DNA of 64,000 nt from assembly GCF_001194135.2 (NCBI RefSeq), contig NC_068983.1, positions 69,851,015 through 69,915,014 on the forward strand. The letters are read 5' to 3'. This document shows positions 1 to 12,464 of the stretch, piece by piece. This stretch comes from Octopus bimaculoides (Eukaryota). The notes under the pieces were generated by a model. It saw only the letters and a list, made by a program, of their open reading frames with translations, ran no database searches and was not told the origin of the DNA. The position numbers and the translations under genes were made by a program. The stretch's first letter is position 1, and the number at the start of each line of letters is the position of its first letter.

Positions 1-120
1 AAAGACTGTAATAGAATAAGTACTAGGCTTACAAAGAATAAGTCCTGGGGTCGATTTGCTCGACTAAAGGTGGTGCTCTAGCATGGCCACAGTCAAATGA
101 CTGAAACAAGTAAAAGGATA
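1..120 (+). mobile_element. 3' end of abundant tRNA-derived SINE (family B; tail ...cagtcaaatgactgaaacaagtaaaag)
   Basis: Same tail recurs at ~9410-9430, 60005-60070 (-) and 63000-63060. Confidence 0.75.
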
Positions 121-915
121 AAGGAATAAAAGAATAGTAGATAGAACTATTAATCAACAAAAACAAAAATGAATAAAACAGGTTTTGTGCGTTCTTAAAT
201 AACTGAAGTAATTCTTTTAAAACTGTTACAGTTTTAATATGCAGTCATTTACCAAAAACACCTCTGGAATTATTGGTAGATAAATAGATAGATAAACCTC
301 AACTGTTTTCACTCTATCTGTCTGTTTGTCTGTCTATTTATCTATCTGTCTATCTATCCTTATTGTTTTAATAGCCTGCAAGAAGAAAAAAAATTATGTA
401 ACTGAGCATTAAAGAGTTAATGATGGCAATTTTTAATATTTATACATCTTATTTTCATCTTTTATCTTTGTATATGATTTCATTTATGGCTTTTCTTGCA
501 CTTGTCACAATATATCCCTGAGGTATACATTCAGCACATGACTATAACACACACACACACTCAGACATATGCACGCGCATACATGCATGTGTGTGCTCAC
601 ACACATGAAGACACACATTGTGTGTTGTTTTTTTTTCCTGTTAATGGAGCATGTTTTATTATATATTGATGTAATTTATGTCTTTGACTGTATGTAGTTA
701 GCATGCTTGTCTGTAGATGTGGTGCAGCAACAATGCATATGCATATATAGAAAGAGAGAGTCTTATTTCTTAGACAACAAAACTATGGAATTTTGGCTCA
801 TTGGTAATGTGATTTGATCAACAACATTGAGTTTATTGTCATTCAATAAAACATTAGGATTGATATAATCAACTAACCCCTCCCCACAAATTTCTAGCCT
901 TATACCTATTTTAAA

Positions 916-990
916 AATTATTATTATTATTATTATTAATATTATTATTATTATTTTTATTACTATTATTATTATTATTATTATTATTAA
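916..990. repeat. (ATT)n microsatellite directly 5' of a family A SINE
   Basis: Direct reading of the sequence. Confidence 0.95.
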
Positions 991-1190
991 GATGGCATGC
1001 TGGCAGAATCATTATTGCACTGAACAAAAATTGCTTAGTGATATTTTTTCTGGTTTTACTTTTCCGAGTTCAAATGCCACTGAGGTTGACTTTGCGTTTT
1101 CATATTTTTAAGATTGATGGAAATAACTACCAGCTGTATACTAGGGTCGAAGTAATCGATTAGACCCCCTCCCCTAAAATTTCAGGGACC
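989..1190 (+). mobile_element. tRNA-derived SINE, family A (ggtgagctggcagaa...ctgagttcaaat...gtcgactttgcctttcatcc...tttcaggcc)
   Basis: Matches >20 other copies in the window; B-box-like GAGTTCAAAT. Confidence 0.8.
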
Positions 1191-1261
1191 ACCATCATGA
1201 TCATCATCATTGCTGCCGCTGCCACCGTCGTCATCGTCATGTCATCATCATCATCATCATC

Positions 1262-2230
1262 AAGGCAGAGCAGCATTTCATCCATCTTTCTTAGGATTCT
1301 TGCAGAATATAGGATGGAACTTTTCTGTCTTTTGACAATGCAAGTTTTACTTCCAATATCTTTCAGTCTTTTAGGCAGCATTTTGGGTGTTGTGCCAAGT
1401 ACACCAACTATTATAGGAATAATTGTTGTCTTTGTCTTCCACAGTCTCTTCAGCTCCCTGGCTAGATCCTGATATTTGTTAAGTTTTTTCAATTTCTTTG
1501 GTATTGACTCTGATATAAGGAACTGCAATGTCTATGATCATACACTGTTTGTTTATTCTGTTCTCTGTAATCATATCTGGTCTTCTTGCTTCAATAGTAT
1601 GGTTAGTCTTTATTGGGAAGTCTCATAAAATTGTGTGATACTCATTTTCTATCACAGCCTCTGGTTTGTGTTTATACCACTTTTCTGTTACCTACACAAT
1701 CATGTCTGTGCTTATACTATTTTTCTACTTGTATACTGCACTCACTCAAGAGATGATTGATACTTTCATTTCCATTTCTGTAGATTCTACATTTGCTGTC
1801 TGACTAAGTTTTGATGATCTTTGTCTTTATCATATTTGTTCCATGGCTTGTTCCTGAGCAGCTATAATTAGTATTTTGGTCTCTCATTTCAGGTTCTTGT
1901 CTGTTAGCCAGAGCCAGCAATTTTTACTTCCAATATTCTGTTTGTTACATGAATTGGCCATGTATTTCCATTTGCTTGCTCTCTTGTTCTTTCTTTTAAT
2001 TCTTCCATGTTTCATTCACTTTTTCAGTATCTCCAACTGCCAACAGTATTCTTTCTTTATTCTGCACAATATAATTTTTCCATCCCATTATCATGATACT
2101 AATGGAGTCTTCTGTGTTTAGTAAATCCTCTGCCTTCTTCCTTTCTTGGTAGACAGAGTCTGTTAGTTTTACTTTTAGGATGGTGTGCATTGTGTATTCT
2201 CAGCATCTCTTCAGTTCTATCCAAGAAGCA
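1262..2230 (-). mobile_element. Decayed 3' portion of an R4/Dong-clade non-LTR retrotransposon (post-RT region and restriction-like endonuclease)
   Basis: Translations include KYQDLARELKRLWKTKTTIIPIIVGVLG, WYKHKPEAVIEN..ILWDFPIKTNHTIEARRPD (REL PD..D motif region) and an LY..RK.GGRGL-like segment in ORF 1996-2190. Stops and frameshifts are present. Confidence 0.85.
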
Positions 2231-2695
2231 TTTCATTTCTTCTAGCTCTTTATGTCCTGAGTTCAAATTCTGCTGAAGTTGACTTTGACTTTTATCCTAT
2301 TAGGGTTGATTAAATAAGTACCAGTCAAGCACTGGAATTGATGTAATGGATAAGCCCCCTGAGTGTAATTAGTCAGAACAAATATCGCAGGGCATGTTGC
2401 CCAACTCTCTGATAATTCTGCCAATTTGTTGCTAATAGGTAACATAGTCTTGCTTACACAGTGCCAGGTATAATAGCAAAATAATCACTACTAGAACACG
2501 TTTTATCAAAGGTCTTTCCTATTGAGACTGAGTTGGGGTTGGAGTTCATACAAGCACTCTTATCTAAAGGATACTCTAATCAGTAACCTTTGGCTGGTAT
2601 AAAAATTTTTGTTCATATTATTCAATATTGTATTATTATATAATGATCAATCCCTGGACAGGCCTATGATCAAAGTTGTTTTAACTACAATCAAA

Positions 2696-2795
2696 GATGG
2701 TGCAGCCTCCTGGTTTGCCAGTCCTCAGTCAAACCATCCAAACCATGCCAGCATGGAAAGCGGATGTTAAACGACAATGATGGTCATGATGATGA
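2696..2795 (+). mobile_element. RTE-clade LINE 3' UTR fragment with degenerate (GAT)n tail
   Basis: ccagtcctcagtcaaaccatcc...catggaaagcggatgttaaacga matches the 3' UTR linked to the RTE ORF end at 23362-24267. Confidence 0.75.
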
Positions 2796-3900
2796 AAAAT
2801 GTACTACATTTAGCCATTCTATTTTTGCGTATGGCCATAGCTACATCATCTGATACATATGTTTTTTTTTCGTTAAGATGGTAGAGTGAGATATAAGGTA
2901 GATTTGGCTGCTGTTTCTAACAGATGGAGTTACTGAGTAGAAAATCTCTCATTGTCATATATTCTACATAGTTGTTAATCAGCTTAATGTAGCAACCATA
3001 TCTTTTCAGCAAACGGAATGCTTTTGTTCAGTTTGCAAATTCTGAGTCTTATGACTTCCTAGCAAAGCTGCTTAGGAATATTCAATGAAAAATATTTATG
3101 CTATGTTAGATAAAACAACAATAAAATAATGGTAAGAGCTTTCTTTTAACTGTTTGGTACTCATCACTTACAGAAGAAAACAGTATTTTTCCTGCCCCTC
3201 TTCTTTCTTCAAGAAAGACCATTTTCTTTACGTCATATCATATGGAGAACATACATAGTCGCAGCTATTGTTGTTTGGCCTCTGTCTGTGCTTATTTAGC
3301 AGAGCTTTGATTGATGATGTACCAGCTGAGGTAATTTAGTATTTTCCAGGCATAGTAAATCTAGGAATACATTAGTTAAATGTATCTTTTAAGCATAGAT
3401 TTGATTGTAATCTGTCACATGTCAAGCATCTATGTAAAGGCTCTGCTGTTTGTTTATGTGAGGTTATTGTGGTAATAAGTATATAGACCCAGCTCTGTCT
3501 TCATCAACCAAATATATGATCAAAAGATCTTCCAACCAGGAGAATTTGACTTTCTTTCATGTACTATATGCATTCATCATTGTTATTTTTAAAGGTGTTA
3601 TTTGAGGGAGATTTAGCTGCTGTCTATAGTGTGTCAAGTATCCTTATAGAGGCTCTGTCATTTGTTTGAGCAAAATTGTTTTTGTCGTTTAGGTCATGTC
3701 TATCCAATGTGAATATGGGACATTTTGTTGTTATTAAGCATCTTGCATAAAGCCCCAGTCATTTGTTCAAGCAAAGTACAAAGTTCAAGCAGTAATAGTG
3801 AAACCTGTATAGTTGTATATTAACCAAAAGAGCTTTCATGATACAATGAGAGAAAACAAAGAAGCTATATCAGTAATTACATCAAGTAACATTTAATAAT

Positions 3901-4112
3901 GGTTTCAAAGTTTGGCACAAGGCCAGCAATTTTGAGGGATGAAGTAAGTCAATTACGTTGACTCATGTTCAACAGGTTCTTGTTTTATTAACACCAAAAA
4001 GGGTGAAAGGTAAGGTTGACCTTGGAGAAATTTGAACTCAGAATGTAAAGATGGACAAAATGCTGCCAAGCATTTTGCCCAATGCAGTAATGATTCTGAC
4101 AGCTCACCCCTT
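3901..4112 (-). mobile_element. Family A SINE
   Basis: Reverse-complement match to family A. Confidence 0.7.
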
Positions 4113-4210
4113 TTAAGCAACATTTAATATTCTCAAGGTTTATGGGTCTGAATTTTAGCAACTTAATTATTCAACTTATTTTCCTGCCTCCCATGAAGGC
4201 ATTATTTCAG

Positions 4211-4384
4211 TATTTCCTTGTAACTGTGCTTTACTCTCTTATAACCTATCTTCCCTGCTCACATATACTCCACTAAAGACTTGTTGGATAAATGCTAATG
4301 AAATACTTGACTTTTTTCTTGACCAGGACCATCCATCAATGAGGGATCTACCATACTATCAAAATTTATATATTACAAAGTTAG
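4211..4384 (+). CDS. Candidate internal coding exon, unidentified (FPCNCALL...INANEILDFFLDQDHPSMRDLPYYQNLYITKL)
   Basis: tttcag acceptor, ag|gtacag donor, 174 bp inside a ~97-codon stop-free frame. No homology recognised. Confidence 0.2.
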
Positions 4385-6043
4385 GTACAGGAATAGCTGT
4401 GTTGCAGGGAGAAATGACTGCTGATTTATTGGAATTTCTTAATTGAAATAATCATTAATAAGACTGAGTTATGGACATGTTAGGCTTATTCTTGAGCCAT
4501 CATAAAAATTGAAACATACAGCTGAACAAGTACCAACATGTAAATGGTGGGCTTCCAAACTAAACCTACAATTTAACTTCATCTTCAAGTGGAAACTATT
4601 GCACCTTTACTAGAAATGGGAATGTCACGACTACTATTTTCCATTCTCCTTTTCAGTTTAATGGTTACCTAATGAAGACAATGAAGTACCATTCCATTGT
4701 GTCTTCATTAAGACACCATCTCACTGCTTCATCAGAAAATGTCTAAATATAGATATGAGGATTTTTAAAGAAATGGCATATTTTTATGGAACCCAAACAC
4801 TGCAGCTTAACTCATTTCAAATATTTCAGCTTTACCCTTTTGATATCAAACTGCCTGAGGTCACCTTTGAGTCTGATATAAGCATCCCATTTTAAAATGA
4901 TCTGAAACAATGCCTTCCATTTAAAATTTAATATTTATGCTCCAAACACCAACTAAATAGTAACAAAGTTATTTTACTAAAGTGTTCAGTATTTTCAAAA
5001 TTAATTGAAATGAAAGCAGTATTACTCAACTGCAATTTGGTGACAAAATGCTTAACTTAACTCAAATACTTTAATGTAGCTCAAAACCAACGTACCAGCT
5101 TATCTCAATTCAAATATTCAGTTAATCTTAACTTCACCCAAATACTAAATGAAAAATATTCATTACAAAGAGATGGCATGACCAACTGGATTAAGGAAAG
5201 TACAGAATGCTTTCTAATTCCCAAAGGGCTTTTAAGGGCATGCAATTATTTTTGATTTCACAGTGTTAAGCAGATGAGAAAGAATATCAACTCAACCTGT
5301 ATTTGATACATATTTGTGAGAGGTAACATTTGCAAATGATTTGGTATCTACACCTCCTGGCAGATTACTTGAGATTACACAGGATAAAACATTCTACTGA
5401 GAAACATAAGTGAATTTGAATTCATCATCTTTGGACAGTTAGTGTAATACCTTATCCACTCACACATCCATCTTCTATAAAGAGGGATTAGATGCTGATG
5501 CATAACTTTATATGTCATAACTTTTTTGTACATAGGGTAGGTATTTATATGTTGTTTTTGTTTCAATTTATTCCTACTCCTGTGTTAAAAGGCATTCCAG
5601 TCATCAGGGGAGATTTTGTTGCTATTTCTAGCAGTTTATGTGATAACATGGAGGCTCTTTTAGTGGCTTCATTAAAGTGGAAGGCTTGATAAAATAGGTG
5701 CTTTTATTTCAGCAGTGGGATTTTTCTGTTTTTTCGTTATTCTGAGATAGTTAATAGGGTTTATTCCAGTGCAATTAACAAGTTAAGCAGATACAGAGTA
5801 CAGGAGAAAGCTAATCTGTGACTGACCAAAAGTTTAGCCAAAAGAAAATGTAATACATAGTGAGAAGATAACGTTTTACTCTCTCGAATGAAACACAAAG
5901 AGATCAAATCCTATCAGTGGTTTAGAGAAGGCATTAAGCAAAGAATTGAATGAATTCCTTACCTTTATCATTTGGTTTCAGAGAAGATGATTAAATATAG
6001 AGAAAAGAAGACAGAAAATGAATGTGTATGAGAGAGAGGGAGA

Positions 6044-6079
6044 GAGAGAAAGAGAAAGCGAGAGAGAGAGAGAGAGAAA

Positions 6080-6121
<42 letters not shown>

Positions 6122-6125
6122 TAAG
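6044..6125. repeat. (GA)n microsatellite
   Basis: Direct reading; explains ORF 6018-6314. Confidence 0.95.
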
Positions 6126-6548
6126 AGAGTCAAAATGAGAATGGCTTGCAGTAGCAAACTTATTTCAACATTGGAATATTACTATGTCAATTGCATCATG
6201 GAAGGTGTTTATAAGCCATTTAAAATAACACACAAAAACTGTGCATCTCAGCACAGAATTTTGTCAGTGAACAGGTCGCAGTCTCAAAGTGACGAAAATA
6301 TTTTGACAAATTAAATTTAAATGTTGAAGTGAATCTAACGGTTTTTGTGTGTTATTTTAAATGGCTTATAAACACCTTCCATGCTGCAATTGTTTTCGTT
6401 CCAGCACACGATCTCAGATCAGGTCACTTGCTATGCAAGTACATCTCCGTAATATTACTATGGTTTTTATCTTTATGTAGAGATTCAAGTGAGAGATTAC
6501 ACATTTCACTGATATGTTTGTAGACCCATGGAAATATAAGAATCTATC

Positions 6549-6770
6549 AAGGTGGCAAACTGACAGAATCATTAGTGCACTGGGCAAAATGCTTAGTGGT
6601 ATTTCATCCCTCTTTACATTCAGTGTTTAGATTCTGCCAAGGCTGACTTTGCCTTTCATCCTTTTGGGGTCGATAAAATAAGTATCAGTTGAGTACATTA
6701 GTTGATGTAATTGACTTATTCCTACCTCTGAAATTGTCGGCCTTGTGCCAAAGTTTTAAACCAATATTAG
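6549..6770 (+). mobile_element. Family A SINE
   Basis: Match to family A. Confidence 0.75.
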
Positions 6771-9189
6771 AACCTATCTCTGAAAGCTAATGACACTAGT
6801 CAACTCAGTAGGGTTAATGATGCCATTGTTGTTGTTGTTTAGCTCAAAGCCAACCCTTATTAAGTAGAAGTATTTCAGCCATAACTAATCTGAATTTTTA
6901 TGAATACCTTGATTATATTATCAAGAATGTGTCCTTTGTCCTCTTTTTCAAGCCATCAAAGTGTGATTTAAGTTGAAACATAGATGCTCCTTTACTGGCC
7001 CATTGTTATTGTAGCAGTTGTAGAATAAAAGAAATAGGCAGAACAAAAAAATAGGTCTCCAGTTCTGGTGAAACAACCATATTCTCAAACTTCAGAGTGA
7101 AGAAACAACCTTTATTAGGATTGTTACATAGACTGGCAAATTAGCAGCTTCATTAGGGCACTGGATAGACCACCTTGAAGTATTTATTTAAGTGTTCCAT
7201 ACAGTGAGTTCAAATTCCGCTCAGGTCACCATTGCCTTTTATTCCTTTGTCACCTACTCAACCCAAGAATTGCATTAGTGGTGTGTGTGTCTACAGAATA
7301 CTCAGCCACTTACATGTTCATATAAAGAGTTGGACATTCAGTTATTCAAATAAACTAAATGCTTGGCATCAAATGTGAGAGAGGGTGCTTCATAGACTGC
7401 GAGAGTCAAGGTTACAAAAGTTGTGATATTCACATCTTTTCCAAAATTATTGGAAGGTAAGTTTAGAAAATGAATTCTAGCCGGGAATTAAAACTAGTTC
7501 ATTGAAAACTTATTGCCAATAGAGAGAGTGAACCAACGATGGAAGGCCTCTATATGGTCACTTAATCTGTTGGAAATAGCAACCAAATCTCCCTAAAAAT
7601 GAAACAACCACACCATATTAAACAAGAAGTATATATTGAATGATGCAACACTAGATATACCTAAAACAGAGATAGTCATAGCTGACGGTTTAACCAAACG
7701 CTTAAATCCCATAAAATGTCGTTTGAGTTGTAATAATCTTTACACTATTTTCATTGAGAGGTAATGGTTCCAGCAACTTAGAATTAGTACTGTTTGAAGA
7801 AAAAACTACTAAATTCCAAGAGAAACAAACATTGCTTAACTCTGAGTCTCAGCTTGAGGATTAACACTGGTTTAAACATTTAGAATGTTCTAACCAGAGT
7901 GCGATGTCACTGCATAGGTTATCTAAATCTACAGACTCCACTTTGTCTGACTAAAGAAAAGAAACATCCTCTGTTGTCTACATCGAGGTTACATGGTTAA
8001 CTCGACTATGTTAACACTAAATTGTAAAAGGAAATTTATCCAACAAATAAAACATCAGATTTACTTGAGAATGAACAAATGGATGTAAAACAGTAAACGT
8101 TAAAGAAGAAAGAATCGCATTATGTCAGACAGGTAAGTATACACCAGACAAATCATACAGGTGAGTATATAAATAAAACAGGTGATAAGACAAATTAATA
8201 TATGGGTAAAACAGGTTTTATACGTCAGGATATATATAAGTAGCAGAAACCTGTTCAATGTTAGCATACTTGAGAAAAGTTATATAGATCAATAAATATC
8301 ACAGTTTGAAATTCATCTTAATTACAGAATTCAAAGACGTAAATTATGAAATGGGATAATTATAGTATTTATGAAATAATATCATAAATATACCGTATTT
8401 ATAGTATAAACAATATGTATAGGTGTGTGAGTGTGTCTCCGTATGACTGTATATATGCGAGCGTATGTCCGCGCATAAAAAAACAGAAAAATTGCTGCTT
8501 TGCGAACAAACTCATGAGGTATTTGTTCTGGGCATTAGTAGACCAGATTTGAATTCGCTGGAAGCCTGGAACCATCGACGCTACAGTTCAGTAATTGCTA
8601 TATAAATGACGATTAGCTTTCAGTGTTGTCTCTCAACGGAAAGTAAGTCAATAAGAATAGCTATCGTTTAATGATTTAATAAAAAAAATAATAATGACCT
8701 TACTGTGTACAATTCTCAGATGCACCTCAGACTCATCAAAAATAAATAAATAAATAAATAAAAGGAAAACGAGAACAGAAAGCAGCTATAATAAAAAAAA
8801 AATGTCCAGTGATGAAAATAGCAATGACAGCCAAAAATGCGTATTCTAAATAAAACTCAAACAGACGGGAAAGTGAACAGTGAAAGGGCCGCAAAGAGAA
8901 ACGAGTGCACGTCGGGTATAGTATTGGTGAGCTTCGAAAATTGGGAATTTTTGAAGCATACCAAAGACAGCGAATAACCAACGAAGATAGTTTATTTCAT
9001 GTCTTGAAAAGAGGAGTTATACCAGAATGATAAAAAGCAAAGTTGCCCCCAGCAATTTCCCCCCAAGCATCGATTTTCTTTCGACATCGACTGATTAAAT
9101 TCCTATAAATATTATCCAGTTCTCCATGACGTGTGTTAGAGTATTTACGGTGCAGAGGAACGAAATCGAAGACTACAATTTTTATTATA

Positions 9190-9435
9190 TCTCGGGCCGA
9201 CCAAAGCCTTGTGAGTGGATTTGGTAGACGGAAACTGAAAGAAGCCCGTCGTATATGTGTGTGTGTGTGTGAGTGAGTATCTACGTATGTGTGTGTCCCC
9301 CGCTTGACAACTGGTGTTGGTGTATTTATGTCTCCGTAACTTAGCGGTTTGGCAAAATAGTTCGATAGAATAAATACCAGGCTTAAAAAATACATTCGCC
9401 TATAAATTCTAATGACTGAAACAAGTAAAAGATAA
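9190..9435 (+). mobile_element. Family B SINE (3' two-thirds, internal (GT)n), CpG-retaining copy
   Basis: ctcgggccgaccaaagccttgtgagtggatttggtagacggaaactgaaagaagcccgtcg... matches other copies. Confidence 0.8.
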
Positions 9436-9445
9436 TAAATATATA

Positions 9446-9530
9446 CCGTGTTTCCCTGAAAATAAGACCTGGTCTTATATTAATTTTGCATCCAAAAAAA
9501 CGCACTAGGGCTTTATTTTCAGGGGATGTC
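9446..9530. mobile_element. pogo/Tigger-like MITE fragment
   Basis: TA followed by CCGTGTTTCCCTGAAAATAAGACC terminus, with internal inverted copy TTTATTTTCAGGGG. Confidence 0.55.
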
Positions 9531-9750
9531 TAATATTTTTGCGGAAAAAAATATATATATAACAAATTAAAATTTGCACTAGAAAAAGACTTAGTTCTAA
9601 TTGAAAGCAACTCGAAGTCTTTAACATAGTGAAACAAGGATGCATCTATAAATTTAATCGTGAAATTAGTAATAAACGCATTATAGAATGTAGAATTTTC
9701 CCTTGATCGGATAGTTTTAATTTCTACGGACTTTCCTTTAGAATTTGGAG

Positions 9751-9972
9751 CAGTAGTTCCCAAAGTTTTTTTAGCTGCCGCCCAAATTGGCACCCAGTCC
9801 ACATTCCCCCTCCCCATCACAAATATTGACCACTTTCTGCAGCAAATTTAAAACAGCTGTATTTCACAAATAAAACATAAACCTAATTACCCTATTAATG
9901 TTTTTTTTTACATCCCACTGGATCTTTCCACTATCCCCAGAGGGGCAATACCTCTCACTTTGGGAACCACTG
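9751..9972. mobile_element. hAT (Charlie/Buster-type) MITE
   Basis: TIRs CAGTAGTTCCCAAAG ... CTTTGGGAACCACTG; degenerate 8-bp flanks atttggag/atcgggtg. Confidence 0.75.
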
Positions 9973-10389
9973 ATCGGGTGTCTAGATATTCCATTATAGA
10001 TGTAGAACACTACGTCAGCGCTTGTCAAGGGACTTAACTTTTCAAACAAAGGTATAATTTCCTGTTAAAAGTTGTTTCCCTTTAATAAAATAATTTGTTA
10101 TAGCGAAGATGAAAAGTGAGGACCAGGTATAAACAACATATAGCACGCGTAACGTCATGGTCATGTTAAGATGACAGATTTTATTGAAATTTTAAGTAGT
10201 ATACAGCACATAAGATTCTCGTATCTTAACTTCTGAGAACGACTCCGAAGAGCACGCCTCTAGCGTTGATTTAAAGTCGCTATGCAACTCAGAGACCCTC
10301 GCTACTCCAACCACTAACCAGGAACTAGAGCATGCGGAGAAACAAAACGAAAGTTCCTTCTGGCTGAATACCTAAGTCCAAAAGAAACC

Positions 10390-10525
10390 TTCCGAACTTC
10401 CTTTTCTGACGTCACGTCATCCAATCAAGGTCCCTTGCTTCTTTTTTTCCGCTCGTCTTACCTACTACTCTGGCACATTTTGTTATATAATCCTTAGCTC
10501 TGACTCTCTTTTAGTGGTGAGTGTG
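10390..10525 (+). promoter_or_regulatory. Promoter-like motif cluster with possible non-coding first exon
   Basis: ETS-like CTTCC sites, palindromic CRE TGACGTCA (10407-10414), CCAAT (10421-10425), pyrimidine tract CTTCTTTTTTTCC (10438-10450), donor gtg|GTGAGT (10517), all in CpG-rich sequence. Confidence 0.45.
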
Positions 10526-11039
10526 ACTCCATCTTTTCAAAAAAAAAAAACAAAAAAAAAAATGTTGTTCTTGCCTTTTCTATGTGGTTGCGATGTATTA
10601 GTAAGAGCAAACGAATTGTCACATAACTGTCTTCAAAACGGGAAAGGAAGAATTGGATAATGGTAATAATAAACATACAGAAAGACAAGGCTGGAATGAC
10701 TTTCATCATAGGCTGATAAATCAAAATTGGATCTCGTATTAAGCGATAACAAAGAAGCCCTGTGAGGCAAAGAAGTCTGTATATGGTAGTTAGACCTGCT
10801 AGAAACAGCAGATAAAGTTCCCTCAAAAAGCACTCAATTTTAGAAAATAAAAAGGAAGGACGCTTTAGACAAAGTCTAATACACTTAAAAGGACTATTCA
10901 CGGTTGGAACATTATCATTTATAAACCGGTTTCATAAAAGTTAATCAGAGTTTAAACATCAATAACTCTCCCACCATAAAGTCTCTGATTAGGCTTTTAG
11001 CCCACTAATTTATATAATGTTCAATCATTCTTCGATAGT

Positions 11040-11392
11040 TGTTAGAATCAATCCAGTGAGGAACAACAACTCGTGTGAAATAGTGAAGACTTCATGTACA
11101 TGAGGAATTTATTCCGATACGGAATGAGAGCATTTATACAGCTTGTACATTATCATTCAATAGAACAAAATGGAATTTGAATGAGGGAATGTTTTCGTCT
11201 TGCCGTATTCCATGATTAGTAATGAAGATTGAAGAGAATTCAATCAAGGAGAAGTTGTCTTATAGCAGGTACAGATATGGAGAACACCATAGTTAATCGC
11301 AGACAATGTGCGAGAGAAAGAGAATGTTACCTCTCCGTGCACGTCTTTTATAGCTAGGTAACGAGCGCCACCTCGTTGCTAACGATGTCACA
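11040..11392 (-). mobile_element. Solo-LTR-like element
   Basis: On the minus strand it begins TGTGACA, ends TTCTAACA, and has TATAAAAG followed by AATAAA. No TSD found. Confidence 0.4.
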
Positions 11393-12367
11393 AGGGAATA
11401 ACTATAGATGACCCTCATCGAAACGTTACGTTACTGATTCAAATAAGGTTGCCTACAGGCTTTTCTTGCTTTACTGCTTTAACTCATGGAAGACTTACAG
11501 TTTTAGCTAGGATACTTTCAGTCATAGATCTATTCGATTAAAGTCAATCTATGTCTATACAGTAGCAGCAACAAGAACAACTTAGTGTCACTGTAACATT
11601 AATTTCATTTAACTGCGAGAAAAACTACTTCTTAATAGGGAATAGCAGAGTAATTTGCACTAAACAAGGTCTCGGTTAAGATATACTTACTAAATTTTCG
11701 ATGAAGTGTCTAATTGATCTGGTACTGCTAAACCTTTTAAATACAGTTTTTCTGTTAGCTCACTTTAGAAAAAAGAAAGAAAAGGATTAATAAAGATATA
11801 CAGTAAGTTTTTTTTATTTGACGGTGAGGGGACCCTGTGTCCTGCATTCCAGCTTATCAATGAGTAACAAAAAATGTGGAGAAAGCTGTCTCACACCAAA
11901 TCAATAAAATATAAATAGTATAAGTTCGTGTAAATGTAATCAAAAGAGAATTCTCATGTTTCGAACAGACATAGAGCAACTTTTGAATTAGTTTGTGTAT
12001 TAATCTTTGATAACATTTTCCAAATTTTGCACGTTATTTTTGTAGCAGGCTGGAATATGATGTGCCATTTCAATTCGAAATGAGGTAGTCCACTACTGAA
12101 TGTAGCGTATAGATGTAACGCTTAAAGGTTCTCGTGTCGGAGTAACCAGTAAACATCGAAGAATCAACACCAAGAAGGAAGAAATATTATTTACATATAT
12201 TTAATCGTTTGTCCGACAGGTTGTTAAAGAGAAAGTAGCAATTCTAGTGATAGTAACAACAAAGATGGCTCGCTGGTTGATAGTGTAGAAAAGGTTGTCT
12301 GTTAGTAGAGAGTGAAAGAGTAAGGAATGCACGGTGCTGACAAGAAAGGATAGAGGTGGCATCGTCT

Positions 12368-12464
12368 TTCTAGCGGCCGAGGAAAGTGTTGTTCTTGGTC
12401 ATGGCTGAAGCAAAAGAGCGTGTTGCTCCTTGGTCACAGTTGACACATAAGAGGAAGAGATAGG
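12368..12464. repeat. ~97-bp direct repeat, copy 1 (copy 2 at 14812-14908)
   Basis: tctagcggccgaggaaagtgttgttcttggtcatggctg...gaggaagagatagg is near-identical in both copies. Confidence 0.9.

Noticed and set aside
3010-3131. Possible terminal exon KRNAFVQFANSESYDFLAKLLRNIQ* with an RNP1-like AFVQF and downstream AATAAA
   Set aside because: Only 25 codons, with no compatible upstream exon found; the motif match is within chance.
5950-6130. Possible recursive splice site (minus strand, pyrimidine tract then AAG|GTAAGG)
   Set aside because: The acceptor is AAG not YAG and the pyrimidine tract is a (CT)n microsatellite; untestable from sequence alone.
12375-12392. GAGGAAAGT resembling the RNase P/MRP CR-I motif
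   Set aside because: Lacks the following CC and any CR-V partner, and is duplicated as part of a 97-bp repeat.
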